From positions 4,340,001 through 4,404,000 of the forward strand of contig JASTWF010000034.1 in NCBI GenBank assembly GCA_030390025.1: a stretch of 64,000 nucleotides of DNA, in the 5' to 3' direction. The notes beneath the pieces were generated by a model. It did no database searches, was not told where the DNA came from, and saw only the letters and a list, made by a program, of their open reading frames with translations. This stretch comes from Squalus acanthias. Taxonomy: Eukaryota. Positions 1-10,372 of this stretch are shown here, in pieces. A program made the position numbers and the translations under genes. The stretch's first letter is position 1, and every line of letters begins with the position of its first letter.

Positions 1-978
1 ATGATTTGGACGAAGGGATTAAATGTAATATCTCCAAATTTGCGGATGACACTAAATTGGGAGGCAGTGTGAACAATGAGGAGGATGCTAGGAGGCTACA
101 GAGTGACTTGGACAGGTTGGGTGAATGGGCAAATGTATGGCAGATGAAGTACAATGTGGATAAATGTGAGGTTATCCACTTTGGTGGTAAAAATAGAGAG
201 GCGGACTATTACCTGAATGGTGGCAGATTAGGGAAAGGGGACGTGCAACGAGACCTGGGCGTCATGGTACATCAGTCACTGAAGGTGGGAATGCAAGTGC
301 AGCAGGCAGTCAAGAAAGCAAACGGAATGATGGCCTTCATAGCAAGGGGATTTGAGTACAGGAGTAGGGAGGTGATGCTACAGTTGTACAGGGCCTTGGT
401 GAGGCCACACCTGGAGTATTGTGCGCAGTTTTGGTCTCCTAACTTAAGGAAGGACATTCTTGCTATTGAGGGAGTGCAGCGAAGGTTCACTAGATTGATT
501 CCTGGGATGGCCGGACTGACATATCAAGAAAGATTGGGTCAACTGAACTTGTATCCTCTGGAGTTCAGAAGAATGAGGGGGGATCTTATAGAGACATTTA
601 AAATCCTGACTGGTTTAGACAAATTAGATGCGGGCAGAATGTTCCCAATGGTAGGGAAAACTAGAACCAGGGGTCACAGTCTAAGGATTAAGGGGAAGCC
701 ATTTAGGACTGAGCTGAGGAGGAACTTCTTCACCCAGAGAGTGGTGAATCTATGGAATTCTCTTCCACAGAAGGTTGTTGAGGCCAGTTCGCTAAATATA
801 TTCAAAAGGGAGTTAGATATAACACTCACAACTAAGGGGATCAAGGGGTATGGCGAGAAAGCAGGAATGGGGTACTGAGGTAGCATGTTCAGCCATGAAC
901 GCATTGAATGGCGGTGCAGGCTCGAAGGACCGAATGGTCTACTCCTGTACCTATTTTCTATGTTTCTATGTTTCTATG
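1..978 (+). mobile_element. CR1 LINE 3' part (RT C-terminus and 3'UTR), young copy running off the window's left edge
   Basis: Uninterrupted ORF 6..878 with SKFADDTKLGG, RPHLEYCAQFW and NFFTQRVVNLWNSLP; 3'UTR stem-loop region and (TTCTATGT)n tail at ~956-978. Confidence 0.95.
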
Positions 979-1975
979 ACCCCAGCTATTCACAATATAC
1001 ATTAATGAACTATTTAAGGGAACTAAATGTAATATCTCCAAGTTTGCAGATGACACAAAGTTGGGTGGGCGTGTGTGCTGCGAGGAGGATACCGAGAAAC
1101 TCCAGGATGACTTGGACAGGTTGGGTGAATGGGCAGAACCGTGGCACAATGCAATATAACGTGGATAAATGCGAGGTTATCCACTTTGGTGTCAAAAACA
1201 GAAAGGCAGACTATTATCTGAATGGCAATAGATTGGGAGAAGGGGAAGTGCAACGAGACCTGGGTGGCCTTGTGCAGCAGTCGCTGAAGGTATGCATGCA
1301 GGTGCAGCAGGCGGTGAAGAAGGCAAATGGTATGTTGGCCTTCATAGCGAAAGGGTTTGAGTATAGGAACAGGGATGTCCTGCTGCAGTTGTACAGGGCC
1401 TTGGTGAGACCACACGTTGAGTACTGTGTGCAGTTTTGGTCTCCCTATCAGAGGAAGGATATTCTTGCCATGGAAGGAGTTCAGATAAGATTCACAAGGC
1501 TGATACCTGGGTTAGCAGGAATGACATATGAGGAGAGATTGGGTCGATTGGGCTTATACTCGCCGGAGTATAGAAGAATGAGAGGGGTTCTCTTCGAATC
1601 ATATAAAATTCTGACAGGTCTGGACAAACTAGATGCAGGAAGAATGTTCCCGATGGTCGGAGAGTCCAGAACCAGGGGTCATAATCTAAGAATAAGGGGT
1701 AAGCCATTTAGGACAGAAATGAGGAAGAATTTCTTCACCCAGAGAGTGGTGAACCTGTGGAATTCTCTACAACAGAAGGCAGTAGAGGCCAAGTCATTAA
1801 ATATATTCAAGAATGTGTTAGATATATTTCTTAAAGCTAAAGGTATCAAGGGATATTGGGAGAAGGCAGGTACAGGGTACTGAGTTTGGATGATCAGCCG
1901 TGATCTCATCGAATGGTGTAGCAGGTTCGAGGGGCCGAATGGCCTACTCCTGCTCCTATCTTCTATGTTTCTATG
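979..1975 (+). mobile_element. CR1 LINE 3' fragment, second copy of the tandem stack
   Basis: RT C-terminus in ORF 885..1883 (frameshifted near its 5' end); tail ttctatgtttctatg at 1961-1975. Confidence 0.93.
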
Positions 1976-3178
1976 GATGTGGTGTATTTGGATTTTCGGA
2001 AGGCCTTTGATAAAGTCCCACATAAGAGGCTAGTGTGCAAAATTAAAGCACATGGGATTGGGGCTAATATTCTGGCATGGATTGAAAACTGGTTAACAGA
2101 CAGGAAACAGAGAGTAGGAATAAATGGGTCTTTTTCGGGGTGGCAGGTGGTGACTAGTGGGGTACCGTAGGGATCAGCGCTTGGGCCCCAGCTATTCACA
2201 ATATATATCAATGATTTGGATGTGGGAACCAAATGTCATTTCCAAGTTTGCTGACGACACGAATCTAGTGGGATTGTGTGCTGTGAGGAGGTTGCAACGA
2301 GGCTTCAAGGCGAATTAGACAAGTTGAATGAGTGGGAAAATACATAGCAGATGCAGTATAACGTGGATAAATGTGAAGTTATCCACTTCGGTAGGAAAAA
2401 CAGAAAGGCACGGTATTATTTAAATGGTGATAGATTGGGAAATGTTGATGTACAAAGGGACCTGGGTGTCCATGTACACCAGTCACTGAAAGCAAACATG
2501 TAGGTGCAGCAAGCAGTTGGGAAGGCAAATTGTATGTTGGCCTTCATTACAAGAGGATTTTAGTAAACGAGGAAGGATGTCTTACTACAGTTATACAGGG
2601 CCTTGGTGAGAACACACCTGGAGTACTGTGTGCTGTTTTGGTCTCCTTACCTCAGAAAGTATATACTTGCCATCGCGGGAGTGCAGCGAAACTTCACCAG
2701 ACTGATTCCTGGGAAGGCAGGACTGTCGTATGAGGAGATATTGGGTCGACTAGGCTAGTATTCACTAGAGTTTAGAAGAATGAGAGGGGATCTCATTGAA
2801 ACGTGTAAAATTCTAAGAGGGCGAGACAGTCTGGATGCAGGGAGGATGTTTCCTCTGGCTGGGGGTCTGGAACGAGGGGTCACAGTCTCAGGATACCGGC
2901 TAGGACATTTAGGACTGAGATGAGGAGAAATATCTTAACTCAGAGGGTGGTGAACCTGTTGAATTCTCTACCACAGATGGCTTTGGTGGCCAAGTCACTG
3001 AATATATTTAAGAAGGAGATAGATAGATTTCTAGACACAAAAGGTGTAAGGGGTATGGGGAGAGTGCGGGAATAAGGTATTGAGATAGAGGATCAGCCAT
3101 GATCATATTGAATGGCGGAGCAGGCTCGAAGGACCGATTGGCCGACTCCTGCTCCTATTTTTCTATCATTCTATGTTT
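1976..3178 (+). mobile_element. CR1 LINE 3' fragment, third and most decayed copy
   Basis: DVVYLDFRKAFDKVPHKRL RT motif, several stops and frameshifts, CR1 3'UTR and tail at ~3160-3178. Confidence 0.92.
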
Positions 3179-3180
3179 AT

Positions 3181-3481
3181 TATAGACTCTAGCATTTTCC
3201 CTACTACAGATGTTAAGCTAACGGGTCTGTCGTTCCCTATTTTCTCTCTCCCTCCTTTTTTAAATAGCGGGGTTACATTTGCCACCCTACAATCTGCAGG
3301 AACTGTTCCATAATCTATAGAATTTTTGAAGATGACAACCTATGCATTCACTATTTCAATGGCTACCTCTTTTAGGACTGTGCGGATTTTCAGGCCCTGG
3401 GGATTTATCGCCTTGCCGTCCCATTAATTTCTCCAGCACCACTTTTTTATGAATACTAATTCCCTTTAATTCCTCCTTCTC
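3181..3481 (-). mobile_element. CR1 ORF2 fragment (region just upstream of RT)
   Basis: Reverse strand gives CR1-type DKSPGP-like and YRPVSLTSVVGKMLESI-like sequence. Confidence 0.75.
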
Positions 3482-4230
3482 ACTTAAGAAAGGTGGTGTT
3501 ACAGGTCTGAATAGTTGTCAGGGACAGGATGGTGTGACTGCGACTCAGGCAGGTAAGGGGACCCCAGGTGCAGTGCTGGCGGAGCTTCAGCCTGCGCCCT
3601 TGTCCAACATGTATGAACTTCTTGCTACCTATGAGGATGAGGGCAAGGTCTGCAGGGCGGTTGAGCAAACTGACCATGGCACCATGGCATCGGAGTTTAT
3701 TCAAGTGTGGGGAGTCAAAAGGAATGTGATAGTGGTCGGCGACTGTATAGTCAGTGGGATAGATACTGTTCTCGTCAGCCACGGGCGAGAGTTCCGAAGG
3801 TTGTGCTGCCTGCCCGGTTCCAGGGTTAAAGATATCTCCTGGCAGCTGGAGAAGAATTCGGAGTGGGAGAGGGAGGATCCAGTTGCAGTGGTCCATATAG
3901 GAACCAACGACATATTTAGAAGAGGAATGAGGTTCTGCTGATGGAGTTTGAGGAGCTAGGATCCAAATTAAAAAGCAGATCCTCAAAAGTAATAATCTCT
4001 AGATTAATAGCTAGGCCACGCGCAAATTGGCACAGGGACAAACAGAGCAGATGATTTAAATGCGTGGCTAAAAGTGTGGTGTGGAAGAAAGGGATTTGAT
4101 TCACGGGGCACTGGCGCCAGTACTGGGGAAAGAGGGAGCTGTTCCGTTGGGACTGTCTCCACGTAATACGGGCTGGGACCAGTGTCCTGGGAAATTGAAT
4201 AACTAGGGCTGCAGATAGGGTTTGGAACTA
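3482..4230 (+). mobile_element. CR1 ORF1 remnant with SGNH/GDSL esterase domain
   Basis: ORF 3534..3941 contains VIVVGDCIV, CCLPGSRVKDI and VVHIGTNDI, which match esterase blocks of CR1 ORF1; downstream part frameshifted. Confidence 0.85.
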
Positions 4231-4364
4231 CAAAGGGTGGAAGTATCAGGTGAGGGGAAATTTAGAAATCTAAAGAGACACGTCAAGACAATGGTGCAGT
4301 GTAGCGATTTGGGTAATTACAAGCAGATAATACAGATCACAATATTTCTCTTCTCTGCATCTAG

Positions 4365-4676
4365 AGAATGCTTAGGTCCCATGTGCAAAGGCGAGGAAAA
4401 CGCGGAGGAGACTCGGTTTGCTGTCCCTCCACCCGTAGGATTCGCAAAGCTTTCCCTGTGTAAGTCGGGCGGAGCATCTGTGCCCACAACATGCAGGAAC
4501 ATTGTAATGGCAGGGAAGGAGGGGTAGGGGCCTAACGGTGCCTCCCAGATTAGGATTCTCTCGGTGTGGACCATTGCTAAGAATGCACGGGGAAGCGTCA
4601 GTAACCCTTGTGGCTGCTCCCCTCACATCGGGGGTACTGTGATGGACTGGAAGCAAAGTGAAGGAGGTCTATAAGG
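4365..4676 (+). pseudogene. Possible decayed Cys-rich (laminin-EGF-like) exon
   Basis: Polypyrimidine tract plus TAG ending at 4364; frames give ECLGPMCKGEENAEETR and SICAHNMQEHCNGREGGVGA*RCLPD*DSLGVDHC*EC; donor site weak. Confidence 0.25.
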
Positions 4677-4689
4677 GTGATGAGAGATT

Positions 4690-5045
4690 TTTCCCCAGAG
4701 GAATTCATTCGATCTTTGGGGCTGAGTATAGAAGTTTGATGCGTGTTCTAATTGAAGAGTTTAAGATGATCAAAAGGAGTTGAGACGGTAGCTGGAGAGA
4801 AACACAATCTTCTGATGGAGGTGTCGAGATAAACGGAGGCAGAATCTCAAAATTGGAGCTGGTACATTCAGTGGTGATGTCAGGAAGCGGTTCTTCACAC
4901 AAAGGTTAATTAAATCTGGAACTCCCTCCCCAAAACACAGTTGAGTCTAGAATATTGAAATTTTTAAAATTAGATTGATCTACTTTTGTTAGCTAAGTGG
5001 ATTAAGGGTTATTGAACCAAGGCGATAATTTAGAGTTCAGAACAG
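4690..5045 (+). mobile_element. Old degraded CR1 3' fragment
   Basis: Recognisable ttcttcacacaaagg...tctggaactccctccc and attaagggttat motifs of the CR1 RT end. Confidence 0.7.
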
Positions 5046-5273
5046 ATTTACCTCATACAATGACAACAGGAGGAATATGTGGATGTGACTCATGTCCATA
5101 TATTCCTCTTCTATGCGTCTGGGGAAAGCTTAGTTCCTAGTTGCAAAGGAGAGGGAACATATGTGGAGATATTGGGAGACATTGAATAATGGGACTTTAT
5201 ATTAGGAGCTTGGGAGACTAGATTCATTAAACCTATTATTGGGGTCTCTGCTCTCTGCCTCGGGCTTCATTAG

Positions 5274-5537
5274 ACGGGGGATGCGATAGGACAGGGCCCT
5301 AAGACTAATGGGCAGATCCTGAAACCTGAGCTCCAGTCCAGGGAGACGGCAGCAGGAGCAGAGCCTGGCCATGTGACCCTGTCATACCGCCAGTGGGCGG
5401 GGCCTGCGCTGGTTACTGTGTGATTGGCTGCTGGCTCCCTTTGTGATGTCACCTGGAGACAGGTTTTAGCTCCTGGTTACAATTCATCAGTTGTAGTTAC
5501 CGTGGGCAGGAGCTGGAGTTGGCAGCGGACACTGTGA
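5274..5537 (+). pseudogene. Decayed exon-like segment, laminin-EGF-like; paralog of 23881-24164
   Basis: Acceptor ttcattag at 5273, donor GTGAGT at 5538, 264 bp; translates as GGCDRTGP*D*WADPET*AP...WPCDPVIPPVGG; clear nucleotide similarity to 23984-24172. Confidence 0.4.
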
Positions 5538-5589
5538 GTGAGTTTGATCCATGCACATAGGGGGAAGGCCAAAAAAGCACAATGTTTTA

Positions 5590-6135
5590 AATTCATTCAT
5601 GGGATGTGGGCGTCGCTGGCAAAACCAGCATTTATTGCCCTTCCCTAGTTGCCCTTGAGAAGGTGGTGGTGAGCCGCCTTCTTGAACCTCTGCAATTCGT
5701 GCGGTGAAGTTACTCCCACAGTACTGTTAGGGAGGGAGTTCCAGGATTTTGACCCAGCGACGATGGAGGAATGGCGATATACTTTCAATTCAGGATGGTG
5801 TGTGATTTGGAGGGGAACTTGCAGGTGGTGGTGTTCCCATGCGCCTGCTGCCCTTGGCCTTCTAGGTGGAAGAGGTCACGAGTTTGGGAGGTGCTGCCGA
5901 AGAAGCCTTGGCGAGTTGCTGCAGTGCATCTTGTAGACACTGCATTTGTAATTAATACACATAGTAATTAGTACACACTGCATTTGTAATTAATATACTT
6001 AGTAATTTGTACACACTGCAGCCACGGTACACCGGTGGTGGAGGAAGTGAATGTTTAACGTGGTGGATGGGGTGCCAATCAAGCGGGCTGATTTGTCCTG
6101 GATGGTGTCGAGCTTCTTGAGTTTTGTTGGAGCTG
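5590..6135 (-). mobile_element. 3' end of a second LINE family (CR1/L2 superfamily) with (GAAT)n tail
   Basis: KKLDTIQDKSARLIG...LHHRCTVAAVC RT C-terminus; paralogous to 19770-20277. Confidence 0.8.
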
Positions 6136-6139
6136 TAAT

Positions 6140-7370
6140 TGCTCCGTTTATCCCCTCATCCCTTTTTAAACAATAGTTCAACGTTAGCAGTTCTCCAATC
6201 CTCTGGCACCACTCCTGTAGCCAGGGAGGATTGAAAAATGATGGTCAGAGCCTCCGCAATTTCCTCCCTTGCTTCTTTTAATAGCCTCGGATAGATTTCT
6301 ACTCTCAAGGATGCTAAACACCTTAATTATACGTCTCTTACTATGTATATACCGTCAAATATTTCACTATCTTCTTCCTTAACTTCAACGTCATCATCGT
6401 CCCCCTCTTTTTTGAATACAGCTGCAAGTCTTCATTAAGTACCTTACCCACATCCTCCGCCTCCAGATATAGATCACCATTTGGTCCCTGATAGTCCCTA
6501 CTCTTTCCTTAATTATCCTCTTGCTCTTTATGTAATTATAAAAGATCATTGTGTTTTTTTTTATTCTACTTGTCAGTATTTTTGTCATGCCTTCTTTTTG
6601 CTTTCCTAATTTCCTTCTTAATTTCACCCCTACACTTTCTATAATCTTCTAGGCTTTCTGCAGTATTGAGCTCACGGTATCTGATAGAGTCTTCCCTGTG
6701 TTGCCTTATCTTACCCTGTATGCACCTTGTCATCCAGGGGGCTCTAAATTTGGCAGTTCTACTCTTTTTCTTTGTGGGAACATGTTTACCCTGAACTCCA
6801 TGTATCTCCCTCTTGAATGCCTCCCACTGCTCTGACAGTAATTAATCTTCAAGGAACTGTTTCCAGTCAACTTTTGCTAAATCACTTCTCAACCTAGTAA
6901 AATTGGCGGTCCCCCATTTTAGAACCCTTACTCCTGTGTTTTTTCTTTGTCCTTATCCATAATTATGCTAAAACGAACTGAATTATGATCACTGCCCCAA
7001 AAATGCTTTCCCACTGATACTCCTTCCACCTGCCCAGCTTGATTCCCGAAAACTAAATCCAGAACTGCCCCGCCCCCCTCTTGTTGGGCTTGCTACGTAT
7101 TGGCTAAAAAAAAATTCTCTAGAATGCAATTTAGGAATTCTGTGCCCTCTTGTCTTTTAAACTGGTAATATCCCAGTTAATATTGGGCTAAATGAAATCT
7201 CTCACTATTACTGCCCTATTGTTTTTGCACTTGTCAGAAATTTGCCTACAGATTTGCTCTTCTATCTCCGTCAGACTGTTTGGGGTCTATAGTACAATCC
7301 CAGTACTGTGATTGCCCCTTTTTTTTTTAGTTTGACCAATATAGCCTCATTTGATGATCCTTCTGACATA
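6140..7370 (-). mobile_element. Decayed CR1 ORF2 fragment (endonuclease end and linker)
   Basis: Minus-strand ORF 6394..6627 FYNYIKSKRIIKERVG; SDHNSV-like endonuclease motif near 6980-6995. Confidence 0.8.
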
Positions 7371-7906
7371 CCACCGTATTTCCCATTTATTTATTGAGGC
7401 AACATACCCACAACACACTGTGTACATCATAACACCGCCAGGGACATACTTTGAACTGTAAAACGCTCCCACTGACCTCAGGAATATTAACACTCTGACA
7501 GAAACCACCAGTTAATATTAACACTCTCACTGACACATTCTGTCCTTATTATTATACTGTCAAGGGCTGACAGTAATCAATAAAACATTCCCACAGAACC
7601 TTGGCTCATATTTACAATAAGAGGGAGATAAATCCCCCGTCAATATTAACACAGACCACGTGTAATTATTAATTGAATCACAGAACACCTTGCACACAGT
7701 AAAACACTGCTAGCGACATTCCTTGTGCAAAAATATTCTTCCACAAATGCACAATATACATTAACACACGCATATAGACACATTGTTCATGGTAACTCAG
7801 TGTCATGTGTTCCTGTAGGAAATCTCATTCACTCTGTCGCCTGGCCTGTCTCAGCTCTCTGTCATCCTCAGTCACTCTGTATTTATCTGTTGTTTACTGT
7901 ATATAG

Positions 7907-7966
7907 AGGAGCTGACGCTGAGACACGCGCACGCTTCACAGTACCAGGTGGAGAAAGGGAGAAAAG
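7907..7966 (+). other. Candidate 60-bp exon
   Basis: Acceptor tgtttactgtatatag, donor aagGTGAGA, symmetric phase, open frame ELTLRHAHASQYQVEKGRK. Confidence 0.3.
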
Positions 7967-7969
7967 GTG

Positions 7970-8214
7970 AGAGAAAGGGCGAGGCAAAGGAAGAAACAGG
8001 GGACAAGGGAGAGACAGAAAGTGAGTGATAGTGAGAAGAGCCAAAAGGGAGAAACAAGCAGGGTGAGACAGAGCGAGAGAGACATAGACAGACAGAGACA
8101 GACAGATAGACCAGGTGAGACACAGGGAGAGTGAGAGATCGGGTTAGTGAAAGACAGAAATACAGGGAAATGAGAGAAAGAGAGAGACATAACATGAGAG
8201 ATAGGGAGTGGGAA
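7970..8214 (+). repeat. GA-rich low-complexity tract
   Basis: Purine-rich gaga/gaca repeats. Confidence 0.8.
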
Positions 8215-9115
8215 AAACTGTCCCCATCAAATACTCCCAGGACAGCTATAACAAGGGTTGGATACAGAGTAAAGCTCCCTCTACACTGTACCATCAAACA
8301 CTCCCAGGGCAGGTACAGCACGGGTTAGATACAGAGTAAAGCTCCCTCTACACTGTCCCATCAAACACTCCCAGGGCAGATACAGCACGGGTTAGATACA
8401 GAGTAAAGCTCCCTCTACACTGCCCCATCAAACACTCCCAGGACAGGTACAGCACGGGTTAGATACAGAGTAAAGCTCCCTCTACAGTGTCCCATCAAAC
8501 ACTCCCAGGGCAGGTACAGCAGGGGTTATACACAGAGTAAAGCTCCCTCTACACTCTCTCATCAAACACTCCCAGGGCACGTACAGCACGGGTTAGATAC
8601 AGAGTAAAGCTCCCTCTAAACTGCCCCGTCAAACATTCCCAGGGCAGGTACAGCCCGGGTTGCCCACAGAGTAAAGCTCCCTCTACACTGTCCCCATCAA
8701 ACACTCCCAGGGCAGGTACAGCCCGGGTTGGATACAGAGTAAATCTTCCTCTACACTGCCCCATCAAACACTCCCAGGGCAGGTACAGCACGGGTTAGAT
8801 ACAGAGTAAAGATTCTCTATGCTGTCCCTTCAAACAATCCCAGAGCAGGTACAGCACGGGTTAGATACAGAGTAAAGCTCGCTCTGCTCTGCCCCATCAA
8901 ACACTCCCAGGGCAGGAGCAGTACGGGTTTGATTCAGAGTAAAGCTCCCTCTACACTGCCCCATCACACACTCCCAGGGCAGGAGCAGTACGGGTTAGAT
9001 ACAGAGTAATGCTCCCTCTATACTATCCCATCAAACACTCCCAGGGCAGGTACACCACGGATTACTTACAGAGTAAAGTTGCCTCTACACTCCCATCAAA
9101 TGCGCCCAGGGCAGG
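8215..9115 (+). repeat. 67-bp satellite array, part 1
   Basis: Unit acactcccagggcaggtacagcacgggttagatacagagtaaagctccctctacactgtcccatcaa; period 67 (ctacactg at 8281 and 8348). Confidence 0.97.
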
Positions 9116-10372
9116 AGATCGGGAATGAGGAAATGGCTGAGAAATTAAATAAGTACTTTGTTTCTTTCTTCACAGAGGAAGACAGAAAAAACCTCCGAGA
9201 AATACGAGAAAACCAAGGGTGTGGTGAGAATGAGGAACTTAAAGAAATTATTATTAATCAAAAAACATGGATTGAGAATTGGTTAACAGACAGAAAACAA
9301 AGTGTAGGGAGAAACGTGTCTTTTTCAGGATGGCAGGCTGTGACTAGTGGGTTCCGCAAGGATCAGTGCTTGGGCCCCAGCTATTCACAATCTATATCAA
9401 TGAATTGGCTGTGGGGACTAAATGTAACATTTTAAAATTTGCTGATGATGCAAAGCTAGGAGGCAGTGTCAGTTGTGAAGAGGATGCGAAGAGGCTTCAA
9501 GGGGATCTCAAAGGGCTCAGTGAGTGGGCGAGAACATGGCAGATGGAATATAAAGTGGATAAATATGAAGTTAGCAACTTGGGTAGAAAAAACAGAAAGG
9601 CAGAGTATTTCGTAAATGGTGAAAGATTGGGAAATGCAGATGCTCAAAGGGACATGGGTGTCCTTGTACATGAGTCACTGAAAGTGAATGTGCAGGTCCA
9701 GCAAGCCATTAGGAAGGCAAATGGTAGGCTGGCCTTTATTACAAGTGGATTTGAGTACAGGAGTAACGATGTCTTACTCCAATTATATAGGGCCTTGGTG
9801 AGACCACAGCTGGTGTACTGTGTACAATTTTGGTCTCCTTATCGAAGGAAGGATATACTTGCCATAGAGGGAGTGCGACGAAGGTTCACGAGATTGATTC
9901 CTGGGATGGCGGGACTGTCGGATAGGAAGAGATTGAGTAAACGAGTCCGGTTTTCACTTCAATTCAGAAGAATGAGCGGGGATCTCATTGAAGCATACAA
10001 AATTATTAAAGGGCTTGATAGGGTGGATGCTGGGAGAAAGTTTCACTTGGCTGGGGAGTCTAGAACCAGGGGCAACAGCCTCAGGATAAAGGGTCGGCCA
10101 TTCAGGACTGAGATGGACTAAATTTCTTCACACAGAGGGTGGTGAATCTTTGGATTTCCCTACCCCTGAGGGTTGTGGAGGCTTAGTCATTGGTATATTC
10201 AAAACAGAAGTCGATAGATTTCTGACTAGTAAAGGCATCAAGGGATAAGGCGATAGGGCCGCTGGATGTAATTGAGGCAGAAGATCAGCCATGATCTCAT
10301 TGAATGGCGGAGCAGAGGAAGGGCCGAAGGGCCTTCTCCTGCTTCTATTTCTTATGTTCTTATGTTCTTATG
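9116..10372 (+). mobile_element. CR1 insertion within the 67-bp satellite, internally deleted
   Basis: ORFs 9079..9435 and 9366..10121 (LKFADDAKLGG); jump from linker to WIENWL near 9265; (TTCTTATG)n tail at ~10349-10372. Confidence 0.93.

Noticed and set aside
7872..8328. Hydrophobic or Arg/Glu-rich ORFs
   Set aside because: Translation of GA/TC low-complexity sequence and satellite.
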